Shown: piece after piece, positions 19,375-28,914 of the stretch
Numbering within the stretch: position 1 is the first letter of the stretch
How the letters are laid out: each line of letters starts with the position of its first letter
From: Ignavibacteria bacterium
GTDB taxonomy: Bacteria; Bacteroidota; Ignavibacteria; Tepidaquicellales; OLB5
Assembly (NCBI GenBank): GCA_030835085.1
Contig: JAUQWQ010000041.1
Location: 1,685-65,684 of the forward strand
Direction of reading: 5' to 3'
Length of the DNA: 64,000 nucleotides
Position numbers and translations under genes: made by a program
Notes under the pieces: model-generated
Told to the model about the DNA's origin: nothing
What the model saw: the letters and a program-made list of their open reading frames with translations, nothing else
The model's database searches: none

Positions 19375-19929
19375 TTATTGATTATATGAAAAATCCTGTT
19401 CAATATCTTTAAATAATTTTGCTTCAAGATCTTTTGGGGATACCAGGGGAGTGGTTATGTTCCAGTCAATATTAAGCTCTTTATCATTGAAAAGGATTGC
19501 CCGTTCGCTGTTTTTATCGTAATAATTTGTACATTTGTAATGGAAGATCGCAATATCCGAAAGTACTGAAAATCCATGTGCGAAGCCCGGGGGAATCCAC
19601 AATTGTTCGTGGTTACCTTCGGAAAGCTCTGTGGCGACATATTTCCCGAATGTAGGTGAGCCGAATCGGATATCTACTGCAACATCCAGTACACTTCCGT
19701 AAACTACCTGGCATAATTTTCCCTGTGCAAATTCTCCAACCTGGTAATGTAAGCCTCTAACAGTATTTTTTTTAGAACGTGAAATGTTATCCTGGATAAA
19801 ATCGAAGCTTAAACCACGTTCGGCGAATACTTTTTTTCTGAATGATTCCAGAAAATACCCTCTGTCATCACTGAATACTTTAGGGGTGATTATCAGCACA
19901 TCTTTAATCTTCGTTTCCTGGATATCCAT
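19375..19929 (-). CDS. rfbC: dTDP-4-dehydrorhamnose 3,5-epimerase
   Basis: DDRGYF, VRGLHYQ and PPGFAHGF motifs. Confidence 0.92.
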   Translation of the reverse strand: MDIQETKIKDVLIITPKVFSDDRGYFLESFRKKVFAERGLSFDFIQDNISRSKKNTVRGLHYQVGEFAQGKLCQVVYGSVLDVAVDIRFGSPTFGKYVATELSEGNHEQLWIPPGFAHGFSVLSDIAIFHYKCTNYYDKNSERAILFNDKELNIDWNITTPLVSPKDLEAKLFKDIEQDFSYNQ

Positions 19930-19935
19930 ACGGGA

Positions 19936-20808
19936 TTATTTATTCTTCCTGTCGTTAAATATTTTATTTAAATATTCTCTGTATGCGCATTTTGGCATAT
20001 TTGTTATAACACTTTCAAATTGTTCCATATCAATAAAATCCATGTGTAAAGCAATTTCTTCCAGGCATGCAACTTTTAAACCCTGGCGGTCCTCAATTGC
20101 ACCGAAGAAATTTGAAGCCTGAAGCAAAGATTCCGGTGTACCTGTATCCAGCCATGCAACGCCGCGGCTTATTTTTTCAACGTTCAGCTCTCCGCGCTTC
20201 ATGTATTCAACATTTACATCGGTAATTTCAAGTTCACCCCTCGGTGATGGTTTCAGATTTTTGGAAATTTCTACAACTTTATTATCATAAACATATAAAC
20301 CGGGCACAGCAAAATCAGATTTTGGTTTAGAAGGTTTTTCTTCAATTGAAATTGCTTTTCCGTATTCGTCAAATTCAACAATACCGTACCTTTCTGGGTC
20401 GGTTACCCTGTAACCAAAAACTGTTGCACCGGTTTTTCTTTCAAGGGCACGATGGAAGAAATCAAGCTTACCATAAAAAATATTATCACCTAAAATCAAA
20501 GTAACATCATCGTTCCCGATGAATTTATCACCCAGTATAAATGATTCTGCAATTCCGTTTGGAGCAGATTGCAATACGTATTCGATATTAAGCCCTAAAT
20601 GTTTGCCATCATTGAATAATTTTTTATAAAACGGGATAGTTTCTTCATTAGAAATGATGAGGATGTCTTTTATTCCGCCTAACATCAGAATGGAAAGGGG
20701 ATAGTAAATTAATGGTTTATCATAAATTAAGGTCAGTTGTTTGCTGTAAAGCTGACTGATCGGGTACATTCTGGAACCTGCACCGCCTGCTAATATTATT
20801 CCCTTCAT
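19936..20808 (-). CDS. rfbA: Glucose-1-phosphate thymidylyltransferase
   Basis: MKGIILAGGAGSRMYPIS, YDKPLIYYPLS and LGDNIFYG. Confidence 0.95.
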   Translation of the reverse strand: MKGIILAGGAGSRMYPISQLYSKQLTLIYDKPLIYYPLSILMLGGIKDILIISNEETIPFYKKLFNDGKHLGLNIEYVLQSAPNGIAESFILGDKFIGNDDVTLILGDNIFYGKLDFFHRALERKTGATVFGYRVTDPERYGIVEFDEYGKAISIEEKPSKPKSDFAVPGLYVYDNKVVEISKNLKPSPRGELEITDVNVEYMKRGELNVEKISRGVAWLDTGTPESLLQASNFFGAIEDRQGLKVACLEEIALHMDFIDMEQFESVITNMPKCAYREYLNKIFNDRKNK

Positions 20809-20962
20809 GTTATATAATTATCCGTAAAATGAATTTTTGAATGGGTAAAGATAATTTTAGTTATTTATTATTACAATGAAATAAGCAAAGGTAGGAAAAA
20901 CTTAATTTTTGGGGAATTAAGGTCAAAACTGTGTAGCAATATTAATAAATTTGTTTAATGAG

Positions 20963-21625
20963 TTAAAATTCAGATACCTGTTTAATTTCAAGGCTTTTAG
21001 AACTATCCAATGTATCTACTTTGTCAAGCAGGTATGCCGGATCAGCTTCAATAAATTCCATAGCTTCATCAGGCAAAAGAATAAACGGGCAGCGGTGATG
21101 AGGAATTTTTTTAAGGTCCCTATGCGGGGGAGTTGTAATCATACTGCAATAATTCATATCCTTATTCCAGACATAGATTCCGCCGATAAAGAAAAATTCA
21201 TTATCCTGAACAGAAATGCTGAATTTGGTTTTGCGTTTTACTTTATTTTCTTTCTTTAGTTTTACTGTTTCAGGGGGGTCATTTTCGAATGGGCGGTATT
21301 CATAAAATGATGTTGCGGGTATTAAACACCTGCTTTTTGAAAATATACTTTTCCAGCGTGCCTGCTCACGGATAGTTTCAATACGGCTGTTGTATATAGG
21401 CATTTTGGGATTCCAGTTTATTGCCCATTTCATGATAGTCATAACAGGTGTATTATCTTTAAGCATAACGGAAAGTATATCCGATGTCAGCCTGATATCT
21501 TTCTGTTTCAGATTTTCGTAATCTTCGTCTGAAAAATCGTCGTCATTTTTAACCGGATACTTTAGAGATTTCATTTTCTTTTTTATCTCTTTATCAGTTA
21601 TGTATCTATCGTAATTAGTACACAT
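20963..21625 (-). CDS. SOS-response-associated peptidase (SRAP/YedK/HMCES family, abasic-site processing)
   Basis: Catalytic Cys2 (MCTNY). YNSRIETI (cf. NARAET), RCLIPATSFYEY (cf. R.L.PA.G.YEW) and HHRCPFIL (cf. H.RMP). Confidence 0.8.
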   Translation of the reverse strand: MCTNYDRYITDKEIKKKMKSLKYPVKNDDDFSDEDYENLKQKDIRLTSDILSVMLKDNTPVMTIMKWAINWNPKMPIYNSRIETIREQARWKSIFSKSRCLIPATSFYEYRPFENDPPETVKLKKENKVKRKTKFSISVQDNEFFFIGGIYVWNKDMNYCSMITTPPHRDLKKIPHHRCPFILLPDEAMEFIEADPAYLLDKVDTLDSSKSLEIKQVSEF

Positions 21626-21746
21626 ATATTTAATTTATTTGTTCTAAAATAATCAAATATATAATTACCTTAAAGCCAGCATAATGAATCTGCCGGGGAT
21701 TTAATTATACGGTGAGGTTCAGTTACCTGTTCATTATTTTTGGAGT

Positions 21747-22535
21747 ATGAAAACAATTGACATTAAATTTAAAAACACCCGAAAGCTTACACTGGCCGGC
21801 AGGCTTGATATGCCGTTTAATGAACATATAAAGGCGTATGCTGTTTTTGCACATTGTTTTACCTGTTCTATGGAGCTGAAAGCAATAGCAAATATTAACC
21901 GTGCTTTAACAAAACACGGCATTGCAGTGTTAAGATTTGATATGACCGGAATTGGTGATAGTGAGGGAAGCTTTCCTGATTCGAATTTTACTACTCAAAT
22001 AGATGACATTGTTTCTGCTGCAAATTTCTTAGCAGCTGAATATACGGCACCTAAAATGCTGATCGGTCATTCTCTCGGCGGATCGGCAATACTCTTTGCT
22101 TCCAAACAGCTGAATTCTGTCAAAAGCCTGGTATCAATTGCTTCACCTGATGAGCCTGCAAAACTGGCTGTTAAGCTAAAGCGCACAAAAGAACGCAGCA
22201 TTAAAATGGGTGTTGCTGAAACTGAGATTGGCGGTGTAAAGTTTAATTTTAAACCTCAATTCTTCAAGGATATTGAAAGTTATAATGCAGCAGAGCTGCA
22301 GAAGGATATTCATATACCGTATCTTGTGATGCACTCAACTGCTGACACATATTCAGATATCGAAAACGGTTTAAGATTGTTCAAAAACGCTAACCAGCCT
22401 AAGAGCTTTGTATCGCTGGATAATATCGACCATCTGATGCTGCAGAAAGATGATGCATTATATGTTGGTGAAGTTATTGCAGTGTGGGCTAATAAATACT
22501 TAAATTCAAACAGCAATCATCAAATATCAAAGTAA
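21747..22535 (+). CDS. Alpha/beta hydrolase
   Basis: Nucleophile elbow GHSLGG. N-terminal FAHCFTCS block as in the hydrolase half of hydrolase/OsmC fusion proteins. Confidence 0.8.
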   Translation: MKTIDIKFKNTRKLTLAGRLDMPFNEHIKAYAVFAHCFTCSMELKAIANINRALTKHGIAVLRFDMTGIGDSEGSFPDSNFTTQIDDIVSAANFLAAEYTAPKMLIGHSLGGSAILFASKQLNSVKSLVSIASPDEPAKLAVKLKRTKERSIKMGVAETEIGGVKFNFKPQFFKDIESYNAAELQKDIHIPYLVMHSTADTYSDIENGLRLFKNANQPKSFVSLDNIDHLMLQKDDALYVGEVIAVWANKYLNSNSNHQISK

Positions 22536-22592
22536 ATGTTATTATACCGGGTCTGTTCGTTTCCAGTTTATAAGTTTAAATGCGGTAAATAT

Positions 22593-22630
22593 AAAAAAAA
22601 CCCGGAAGCAAGACGTCGCTTCCGGGTTTA
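22593..22630. terminator. Intrinsic terminator, much stronger in the minus direction
   Basis: A8-cccggaagc-aagacgtc-gcttccggg-ttta. This is a 9-bp GC-rich stem. The minus-strand RNA gets a U8 tail and the plus-strand RNA only U3. Confidence 0.8.
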
Positions 22631-22800
22631 GCATGAAAAAAAACGGCAAACTGCAGGTTCTAAAGGAGAAAACAATACAGGAGGAAATCAGCGAGTCAAG
22701 CGATTTCACATGCTGCTTACCAGGAGGCAGTTTAGGTAAACAGCGATTTGTTTCTTTTTTGATACAAGCCTACAGCCTGCCATTTATAATAACAAACCAT
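22593..22800 (-). ncRNA. Candidate small RNA (boundaries approximate)
   Basis: The orphan minus-strand terminator has no minus-strand ORF feeding it. The 10-bp hairpin at 22712-22744 is perfect on the minus strand (one G:U) but has a C:A mismatch on the plus strand. Three CU-rich CCUCC-like motifs occur on the minus strand. Confidence 0.3.
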
Positions 22801-22893
22801 GTATTAAAATAATTTCAACTGCCTTATTTATTTTAGTAAATAGCCTGTTTTGTTTTGAATATCTAATGAATTTTCGGTATATTTAGCTAAATT

Positions 22894-23979
22894 ATGCAGG
22901 AAAATGAATTTTTTAAGGATAAAGACAAGTTTTCAGAAGCTGAAAAACAGAGGGCTTCTCACAGTCTTTGGTATTATTCCTGGATAAGATTTAAGAGGAA
23001 TAAGCTTGCAATGGCGGGTTTAATTACCCTTATTATGCTGATTTTAATAGCAATTACTGCACCTATCCTCGCTCCTTTTGACCCAAATGACCAGACTCTG
23101 GAATATGCAACCAAACCTTCGGGATACAAAGGAAATGTACTTCTAAAAAAGGCACTTGATGGTACGGATTTTATTCCGGTTAAAAATATTACTAAAACAA
23201 CTGCAGATACTGTTTTTTATATTGATTACAGCGGTTCTGAGCGGTCATTATCTAAAAGTGAACTTGTTCCAGGTGATGAATCTGATTGGCATATAGAACC
23301 AACATATTTACTGGGTACCGATAGATACGGAAGGGATATATTAAGCAGGCTGATCTATGGCAGCAGAATAAGTCTTTCAGTAGGTGTAATTTCTGAAAGT
23401 ATTGCAATATTTATCGGTGTTTTTCTTGGTGCACTTGCAGGATATTTCAGGGGTAAAACTGATGCAGTTATTATGTGGTTCATAAATGTTGTATGGTCGT
23501 TCCCTTCAATCTTATTCATAATCGCGCTTTCAGTTGTGCTTGGCAAAGGTTTCTGGCAGTCATTTGTGGCTATTGGGCTAACAGGTTGGGTTGATATTGC
23601 AAGAATTGTAAGAGGTCAGTTCTTTTCTTTGAGAGAAACTGAATATGTAGAAGCTACACGGGCCCTTGGATACAGATCAACCAGGATAATATTCAGGCAT
23701 ATTCTGCCTAATACTATTGGACCAATAATTGTAACAGGTACAGCGGGACTGGCAACATCCATAATTTTCGAAGCCAGCTTAAGTTTTCTGGGGCTCGGCG
23801 TTCAGCCGCCAACAGCAAGCTGGGGGCAAATGGTTTTTGACGGATACAAATATATTGTTGCCGGTACAAATTACGGGTTGGCATTATATCCTTCGCTTGC
23901 AATTATGATCACGGTTTTCGCGGTAAATCTCATTGGCGACGGATTAAGGGATGCATTTGATCCTAAAATGAGAAGATGA
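22894..23979 (+). CDS. ABC transporter permease, OppC/DppC family, with an enlarged first periplasmic loop
   Basis: LGTDRYGRDILSRLIYG, an EAA-like loop EATRALGYRSTRIIFRHILPN, and the C-terminal LIGDGLRDAFDPK. No partner OppA/B/D/F in the window. Confidence 0.85.
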   Translation: MQENEFFKDKDKFSEAEKQRASHSLWYYSWIRFKRNKLAMAGLITLIMLILIAITAPILAPFDPNDQTLEYATKPSGYKGNVLLKKALDGTDFIPVKNITKTTADTVFYIDYSGSERSLSKSELVPGDESDWHIEPTYLLGTDRYGRDILSRLIYGSRISLSVGVISESIAIFIGVFLGALAGYFRGKTDAVIMWFINVVWSFPSILFIIALSVVLGKGFWQSFVAIGLTGWVDIARIVRGQFFSLRETEYVEATRALGYRSTRIIFRHILPNTIGPIIVTGTAGLATSIIFEASLSFLGLGVQPPTASWGQMVFDGYKYIVAGTNYGLALYPSLAIMITVFAVNLIGDGLRDAFDPKMRR

Positions 23980-24048
23980 GAGAATTAAAATAATATCAAT
24001 AATTAACCCTGTAAGTATTAACCTGTAAATTTTGAATGATTTCGCATA

Positions 24049-25194
24049 ATGATTGAATTAAAACACTTATTATTTCTTACAAAGATCGATGGTTTAGGAG
24101 CTGTCAGGATAAAAAGACTCATCGATAGATTTGGAAATGCTGCCGGGGTTTTTAGTGCTTCAGTAAAAGAGTTATCAGAAATTGAGAACATAAGTGATAA
24201 AACCGCCAAATTGATACTGAAATCATACGGAAGTTTCAGTGAATTTGAGAGTACATTTGAAGCATATATAGAAAAAGCTGCAGAACTTGGTATTTCAATA
24301 CTATCACTTTCAGACAGCAAATATCCGGAACTGCTGAAAAGAATTTATGACCCTCCGGTAATTTTGTACATGAGGGGAAAATATGACCCCGCTTTGCTCC
24401 TGAATTCAGTAGGAATTGTTGGCACAAGAAAACCGACAGATTATGGCAGGAAAATGGCTGAAAAATTCGCTGAAGAATTATCAACTGCCGGAATTGCAGT
24501 AATAAGCGGTTTTGCCAGGGGAGTTGATACAATAGCTCATAAAACCGTATTGAAGAACAGAAACTCATCCGCAATTACAGCAGCCGTATTTGGCTGCGGA
24601 GTTGATATGATCTATCCTCCTGAAAACAAAGCTCTGTATGACGAAATGTGTGAAAAAGGACTCCTTATTTCAGAGTATGAAATATCAGCTTTTCCTGATG
24701 CGGTTAATTTCCCTAAAAGGAACAGGATTATAAGCGGGTTATCTCTGGGTACGATTGTAATTGAAAGCGATGTTGATGGGGGAGCACTTATCACTGCCAG
24801 AACTGCTCTGGATCAGTCCCGGGAAGTATTTGCGGTACCGGGATATGTTACATCTAAGGTCAGCCGAGGAACTAACGGTTTGATAAAGAACGGCCAGGCA
24901 AAACTTACTGAGAACCTGGATGATATTCTGGTTGAGATCAGTAATAAACTTACGGGAATGAAACTTTCCGGTGTAAATGGAAATTCTGTATCAGTACAGG
25001 CTATTCCGGAATTGAACGGCAATGAAAAACTGATTTACGACACGTTTTTAATGACAATTGAGCCGGTTCATATAGATATGATATCAGAGAAATCGGGATT
25101 GAATATATCAGATTCATTGGTAACATTGCTTAACCTGGAGTTTAAAGGTGTTGTAGAGCAGCTACCGGGCAAAAGATTTAAAATTAAAAATTAA
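24049..25194 (+). CDS. dprA: DNA-processing protein DprA
   Basis: GTRKPTDYG, SGFARGVDTIAH, NFPKRNRIISGLS and EVFAVPG motifs. Confidence 0.92.
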   Translation: MIELKHLLFLTKIDGLGAVRIKRLIDRFGNAAGVFSASVKELSEIENISDKTAKLILKSYGSFSEFESTFEAYIEKAAELGISILSLSDSKYPELLKRIYDPPVILYMRGKYDPALLLNSVGIVGTRKPTDYGRKMAEKFAEELSTAGIAVISGFARGVDTIAHKTVLKNRNSSAITAAVFGCGVDMIYPPENKALYDEMCEKGLLISEYEISAFPDAVNFPKRNRIISGLSLGTIVIESDVDGGALITARTALDQSREVFAVPGYVTSKVSRGTNGLIKNGQAKLTENLDDILVEISNKLTGMKLSGVNGNSVSVQAIPELNGNEKLIYDTFLMTIEPVHIDMISEKSGLNISDSLVTLLNLEFKGVVEQLPGKRFKIKN

Positions 25195-25222
25195 TTTACA
25201 GTTTAAACGGGGTACTTTGTAA

Positions 25223-26626
25223 TTGCTTAAAAATTCACAGGGACAGATATTACAGCAAAAACTTTCACCGCAGGCTATCCAGGCGCAGCTGCTGCTTGCT
25301 ATTCCGTCAATAGCGCTTGAGCAGGAAATAAAAAAACAGATTGAAGAAAATCCCGTACTTGAAGACGGAATGGATGCGGAAGAAAAAACTGCTCCAGAAG
25401 ATTCCCCTGAAGACAGCTACGCGCAGGATATTTGGAATGATTATCCCGGGAAACAGAATTACAGCAGTAATTTTTCGGGGACTGATGAGGAAAGAACAGA
25501 TTACCTTTTAAACAAAGGCGGTAAACAGAAAGAGACACCCCTTGAACAGATATACCGCATGGGTCTTGCCAGCGATGAACTTATAATTGCTGAAGAGATA
25601 CTTGGTAACCTGGAAGATGACGGATACCTTAGAATTTCTCTTGAAGAAATTGCAGAAGACATCAGGGAAAAATATTCTATTGAACCTGAACCGGAAAAAA
25701 TACAGAGTGTTCTTAAAGTAGTACAAAATCTTGATCCCCCGGGAATAGCGGCAAGGAATCTGCAGGAGTGTCTTTCAATACAATTAAATGACAGGTCAAA
25801 CGACTTAACTGATAATGACCGTGACCTGTGCCTCAGGATGATAAACGACTACTTTGAAGAGTTCAAGCTGAAGCACTTTGAAAAACTTTCCAAGCTGCTG
25901 AATGTCAAACTTGTAAAGATAAATGAGCTTTTCGAAATTATCCATAAGCTAAATCCCGCTCCGGGCAAACAGGATATTGCTGCTGACTATATTATTCCTG
26001 ATTTCCTGGTAAGAGAAATTGACGGGGAACTGCATGTTGAGCTGACCGGTGACTCAAAACCAGGCATCAGGATAAGCAAAAAGTATCTGGAAATGATGAA
26101 GGATAAATCAACCGGTAAAGATACCAAAGAATTCCTTAAGAACAAGGTTGAGTCAGCGAAGTGGTTTATAAATTCAATTCAGCAGAGAAGGGATACAATG
26201 CTGAAGATCATGAACGCAATAGTAAGCAGGCAGCATGAATTTTTTATTACACATGGAGAAAACCTGAAGCCGATGTTTGAAAAAGATATTGCCGAAGACG
26301 TAAGTATGGATATTTCAACAGTAAGCAGGGTAGTAAGAGGAAAATATGTACAGACTGATTTCGGTATTTATGAATTAAGGTATTTTTTCTCATCTGCTAT
26401 GAAGACCGAAAGCGGCGAGGATGTATCAAACAAAATATATATGGATAAAATAAGGGAACTGATTGAAAAAGAAGATAAATCAAAACCGCTGAGCGATGAT
26501 AAAATAGCTGAAATGATGAATAACGATGGCTTTAATCTTGCCCGCAGAACTGTGGCGAAATACCGTGAAAACATGAAAATTCCAAAAGCCACATTAAGAA
26601 GAAAAATCATATTGAACAAGTTATAA
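25223..26626 (+). CDS. rpoN: RNA polymerase sigma-54 factor
   Basis: N-terminal LQQKLSPQAIQAQLLL, the HTH ISTVSRVV and the RpoN box ARRTVAKYRE. TTG start. Confidence 0.93.
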   Translation: MLKNSQGQILQQKLSPQAIQAQLLLAIPSIALEQEIKKQIEENPVLEDGMDAEEKTAPEDSPEDSYAQDIWNDYPGKQNYSSNFSGTDEERTDYLLNKGGKQKETPLEQIYRMGLASDELIIAEEILGNLEDDGYLRISLEEIAEDIREKYSIEPEPEKIQSVLKVVQNLDPPGIAARNLQECLSIQLNDRSNDLTDNDRDLCLRMINDYFEEFKLKHFEKLSKLLNVKLVKINELFEIIHKLNPAPGKQDIAADYIIPDFLVREIDGELHVELTGDSKPGIRISKKYLEMMKDKSTGKDTKEFLKNKVESAKWFINSIQQRRDTMLKIMNAIVSRQHEFFITHGENLKPMFEKDIAEDVSMDISTVSRVVRGKYVQTDFGIYELRYFFSSAMKTESGEDVSNKIYMDKIRELIEKEDKSKPLSDDKIAEMMNNDGFNLARRTVAKYRENMKIPKATLRRKIILNKL

Positions 26627-26740
26627 TATCTGTGAATATTCGTATTACCGGTTAGGAATTTTATAGCTAAATATATGATTTTATAAAGAAAAGAGTAGAA
26701 TGGTAATTAGAATAATGGAATTTATTAATAAGGAGCATAA

Positions 26741-27277
26741 TTGAAGAATAAAATATTAAGCACAACAGTAATAGGTTTAATAAAAGACGGTAAAGCCGCT
26801 ATGGGAAGTGACGGTCAGGTGACTGTTGCCAATACCGTTTTAAAGCATAATACCAAGAAAGTAAGAAAGATATATAAAGATAAGGTGCTGGCAGGTTTTG
26901 CCGGTTCCACGGCAGATGCTTTAACACTTTTCGAGAAGTTTGAAGCTAAGCTTGAGCAGTACAAAGGAAACCTGCCGCGCGCAGCGGTTGAGCTTGCAAA
27001 GGACTGGCGCACAGACAGGTATTTACGCAGACTTGAAGCCCTGCTTGCTGTAATGGATAGTACTCATGCATTTATCATTTCAGGTAATGGCGATGTTATT
27101 GAACCTGATGATGGTATTGTAGCAATTGGTTCAGGCGGCAGTTTTGCAACAGCGGCAGCAAGAATGCTTGTTAAGTATTCGCAGCTTCCTGCAGTTGAAA
27201 TAGTAAAGGAATCACTTAACACCGCTGCGGAAATATGTATTTACACAAATCACAATGTAACAATAGAAGAATTATAA
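26741..27277 (+). CDS. hslV: ATP-dependent protease subunit HslV
   Basis: STTVIGL...[16 protein letters not shown] and GSGG motifs. TTG start 5 nt after the aaggag SD. Confidence 0.93.
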   Translation: MKNKILSTTVIGLIKDGKAAMGSDGQVTVANTVLKHNTKKVRKIYKDKVLAGFAGSTADALTLFEKFEAKLEQYKGNLPRAAVELAKDWRTDRYLRRLEALLAVMDSTHAFIISGNGDVIEPDDGIVAIGSGGSFATAAARMLVKYSQLPAVEIVKESLNTAAEICIYTNHNVTIEEL

Positions 27278-27324
27278 AAACCCTTTTAATTTAATAATTA
27301 TGCTAGAAAGAGCAAATCTTTAAA

Positions 27325-28857
27325 ATGTCAGAAAAAAAAGAAGATAGTTTGATACAGGAAAATATTAATGGCTCGGGTGAAGAAAAATCAATATCGAACG
27401 GGAAAACAGAAAAGAAACCAAGAGTGAAAAAAGAAGTGAAAAAAGATGAAAATCAGCTTGATAAAGAGCTTACTCCCTCACAGATAGTTGCTGAGCTGGA
27501 TAAATATATAATCGGGCAGAATAACGCAAAGAAATCAGTTGCCATAGCATTACGAAACAGGTGGAGAAGAAAACAGATACAGGACAGTCTTCGTGAGGAA
27601 ATAATGCCTAATAACATTATCCTTATCGGACCTACCGGTGTTGGTAAAACCGAAATTGCAAGAAGGCTCGCAAAACTTTCCAATGCCCCGTTCATTAAAG
27701 TAGAAGCATCCAAGTTTACCGAGGTTGGATATGTTGGCAGGGATGTTGAGTCGATAGTAAGGGAACTTACTGATCTGGGCGTGAGCATGGTGAAATCAGA
27801 AAAAAGCATAGAGGTGCAGAAAAAAGCTGAATACCTTGCCGAAGAACGCATACTGGATATATTGCTGCCGCCGGTGAAAAAGAAACATGATGACAGCGGT
27901 GCATCAGCAGGACAGGCAACACTTGGATTTTCTGCGCCGGTACATACCCCTGAAGAAGACAAGGAAGAGAACTTCAAGACACGTGAAAAATTCCGCGAGA
28001 AGCTGTTAAAAGGCGAGCTTGATGAACGGGTAATTGAAATTGATGTCAGCGGTGACGGTATGCCCATGATGCAGGTAATGGGTCCAATAGGACTTGATGA
28101 TATTGGCGTCAACCTTCAGGATCTTTTCAGCAGCGTTATGCCGAAGAAGATGAAGAAACGCAAAATGACCGTTAAAGAAGCGCGCGTTGTACTGGTGCAG
28201 GAAGAAGCGCATAAGCTTATTGATATGGATTCCGTCATAAAGGAAGCTGTTACAAGAGTACAGGAATACGGAATTGTTTTCATTGATGAAATCGATAAGA
28301 TTGCCGGTCCGCAGGGCAAAGGCCAGGGACCCGATGTATCACGTGAAGGCGTTCAGCGTGACCTTCTTCCTATTGTTGAAGGTTCAAGCGTTACAACAAA
28401 ATACGGTTCGGTAAAAACTGACCATGTGCTGTTTATAGCATCCGGAGCTTTTCATGTTGCCAAACCCAGTGATCTTATTCCTGAATTACAGGGAAGATTT
28501 CCCATAAGGGTTGAGCTAAACAGTCTTACTGAAGAGGATTTTGTAAAGATTCTTACACAGCCTCAGAACGCATTGCTTAAACAGTATGAAGCATTGCTTA
28601 AATCAGAAGGGGTTGACCTGACCTTTGAAGAAGACGGTATTTTTGAAGTAGCCAAAATTGCAGCTGAAGTAAATGAACAGGTAGAAAATATCGGCGCAAG
28701 AAGGCTGCATACAATTCTTTCAACAGTTCTTGAAGAGATATTATACAATACACCTGATAAGAACAAAGAAAAGAAAATTGTAGTGGATAAAGATATGGTG
28801 AATGATAAGCTTAAAGATATTGTTAAAAACAGGGACTTAAGCAGGTATATTCTGTAA
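27325..28857 (+). CDS. hslU: ATP-dependent protease ATPase subunit HslU (with a Lys-rich N-terminal extension of about 45 aa)
   Basis: [17 protein letters not shown], Walker [16 protein letters not shown], Walker [10 protein letters not shown] and the C-terminal RDLSRYIL. Confidence 0.93.
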   Translation: MSEKKEDSLIQENINGSGEEKSISNGKTEKKPRVKKEVKKDENQLDKELTPSQIVAELDKYIIGQNNAKKSVAIALRNRWRRKQIQDSLREEIMPNNIILIGPTGVGKTEIARRLAKLSNAPFIKVEASKFTEVGYVGRDVESIVRELTDLGVSMVKSEKSIEVQKKAEYLAEERILDILLPPVKKKHDDSGASAGQATLGFSAPVHTPEEDKEENFKTREKFREKLLKGELDERVIEIDVSGDGMPMMQVMGPIGLDDIGVNLQDLFSSVMPKKMKKRKMTVKEARVVLVQEEAHKLIDMDSVIKEAVTRVQEYGIVFIDEIDKIAGPQGKGQGPDVSREGVQRDLLPIVEGSSVTTKYGSVKTDHVLFIASGAFHVAKPSDLIPELQGRFPIRVELNSLTEEDFVKILTQPQNALLKQYEALLKSEGVDLTFEEDGIFEVAKIAAEVNEQVENIGARRLHTILSTVLEEILYNTPDKNKEKKIVVDKDMVNDKLKDIVKNRDLSRYIL

Positions 28858-28914
28858 TATTTTATTATCTTTGTAAAAGATAATAATTACCTGAATTCTA
28901 AAAGGAGAAAACTA

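Noticed and set aside
19375-20808. rfbA-rfbC without rfbB/rfbD as an incomplete rhamnose pathway
   Set aside because: Split rfb genes are common and the missing steps are probably encoded elsewhere. This is not informative on its own.
22700-22760. Possible SRP (4.5S) RNA, because the minus strand reads CGCUGUUUACC...GGUAAGCAGC, reminiscent of the E. coli 4.5S segment CUCUGUUUACC..GGAAGCAGC
   Set aside because: The hairpin loop is 13 nt with no GNRA tetraloop, and the conserved helix-8 symmetric/asymmetric loop motifs are absent. The resemblance is limited to a few bases.
27453-28112. 219-aa minus-strand ORF inside hslU, and similar long antisense ORFs (9603-10263 in the acyl-CoA dehydrogenase, 32946-33395 in hbd, 37123-37530 in sucC, 40597-41205 in pruA, 55412-55873 in secA)
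   Set aside because: All lie wholly inside confidently identified genes and have low-complexity Ser/Pro/Ile-rich translations with no motifs. They are typical shadow ORFs.
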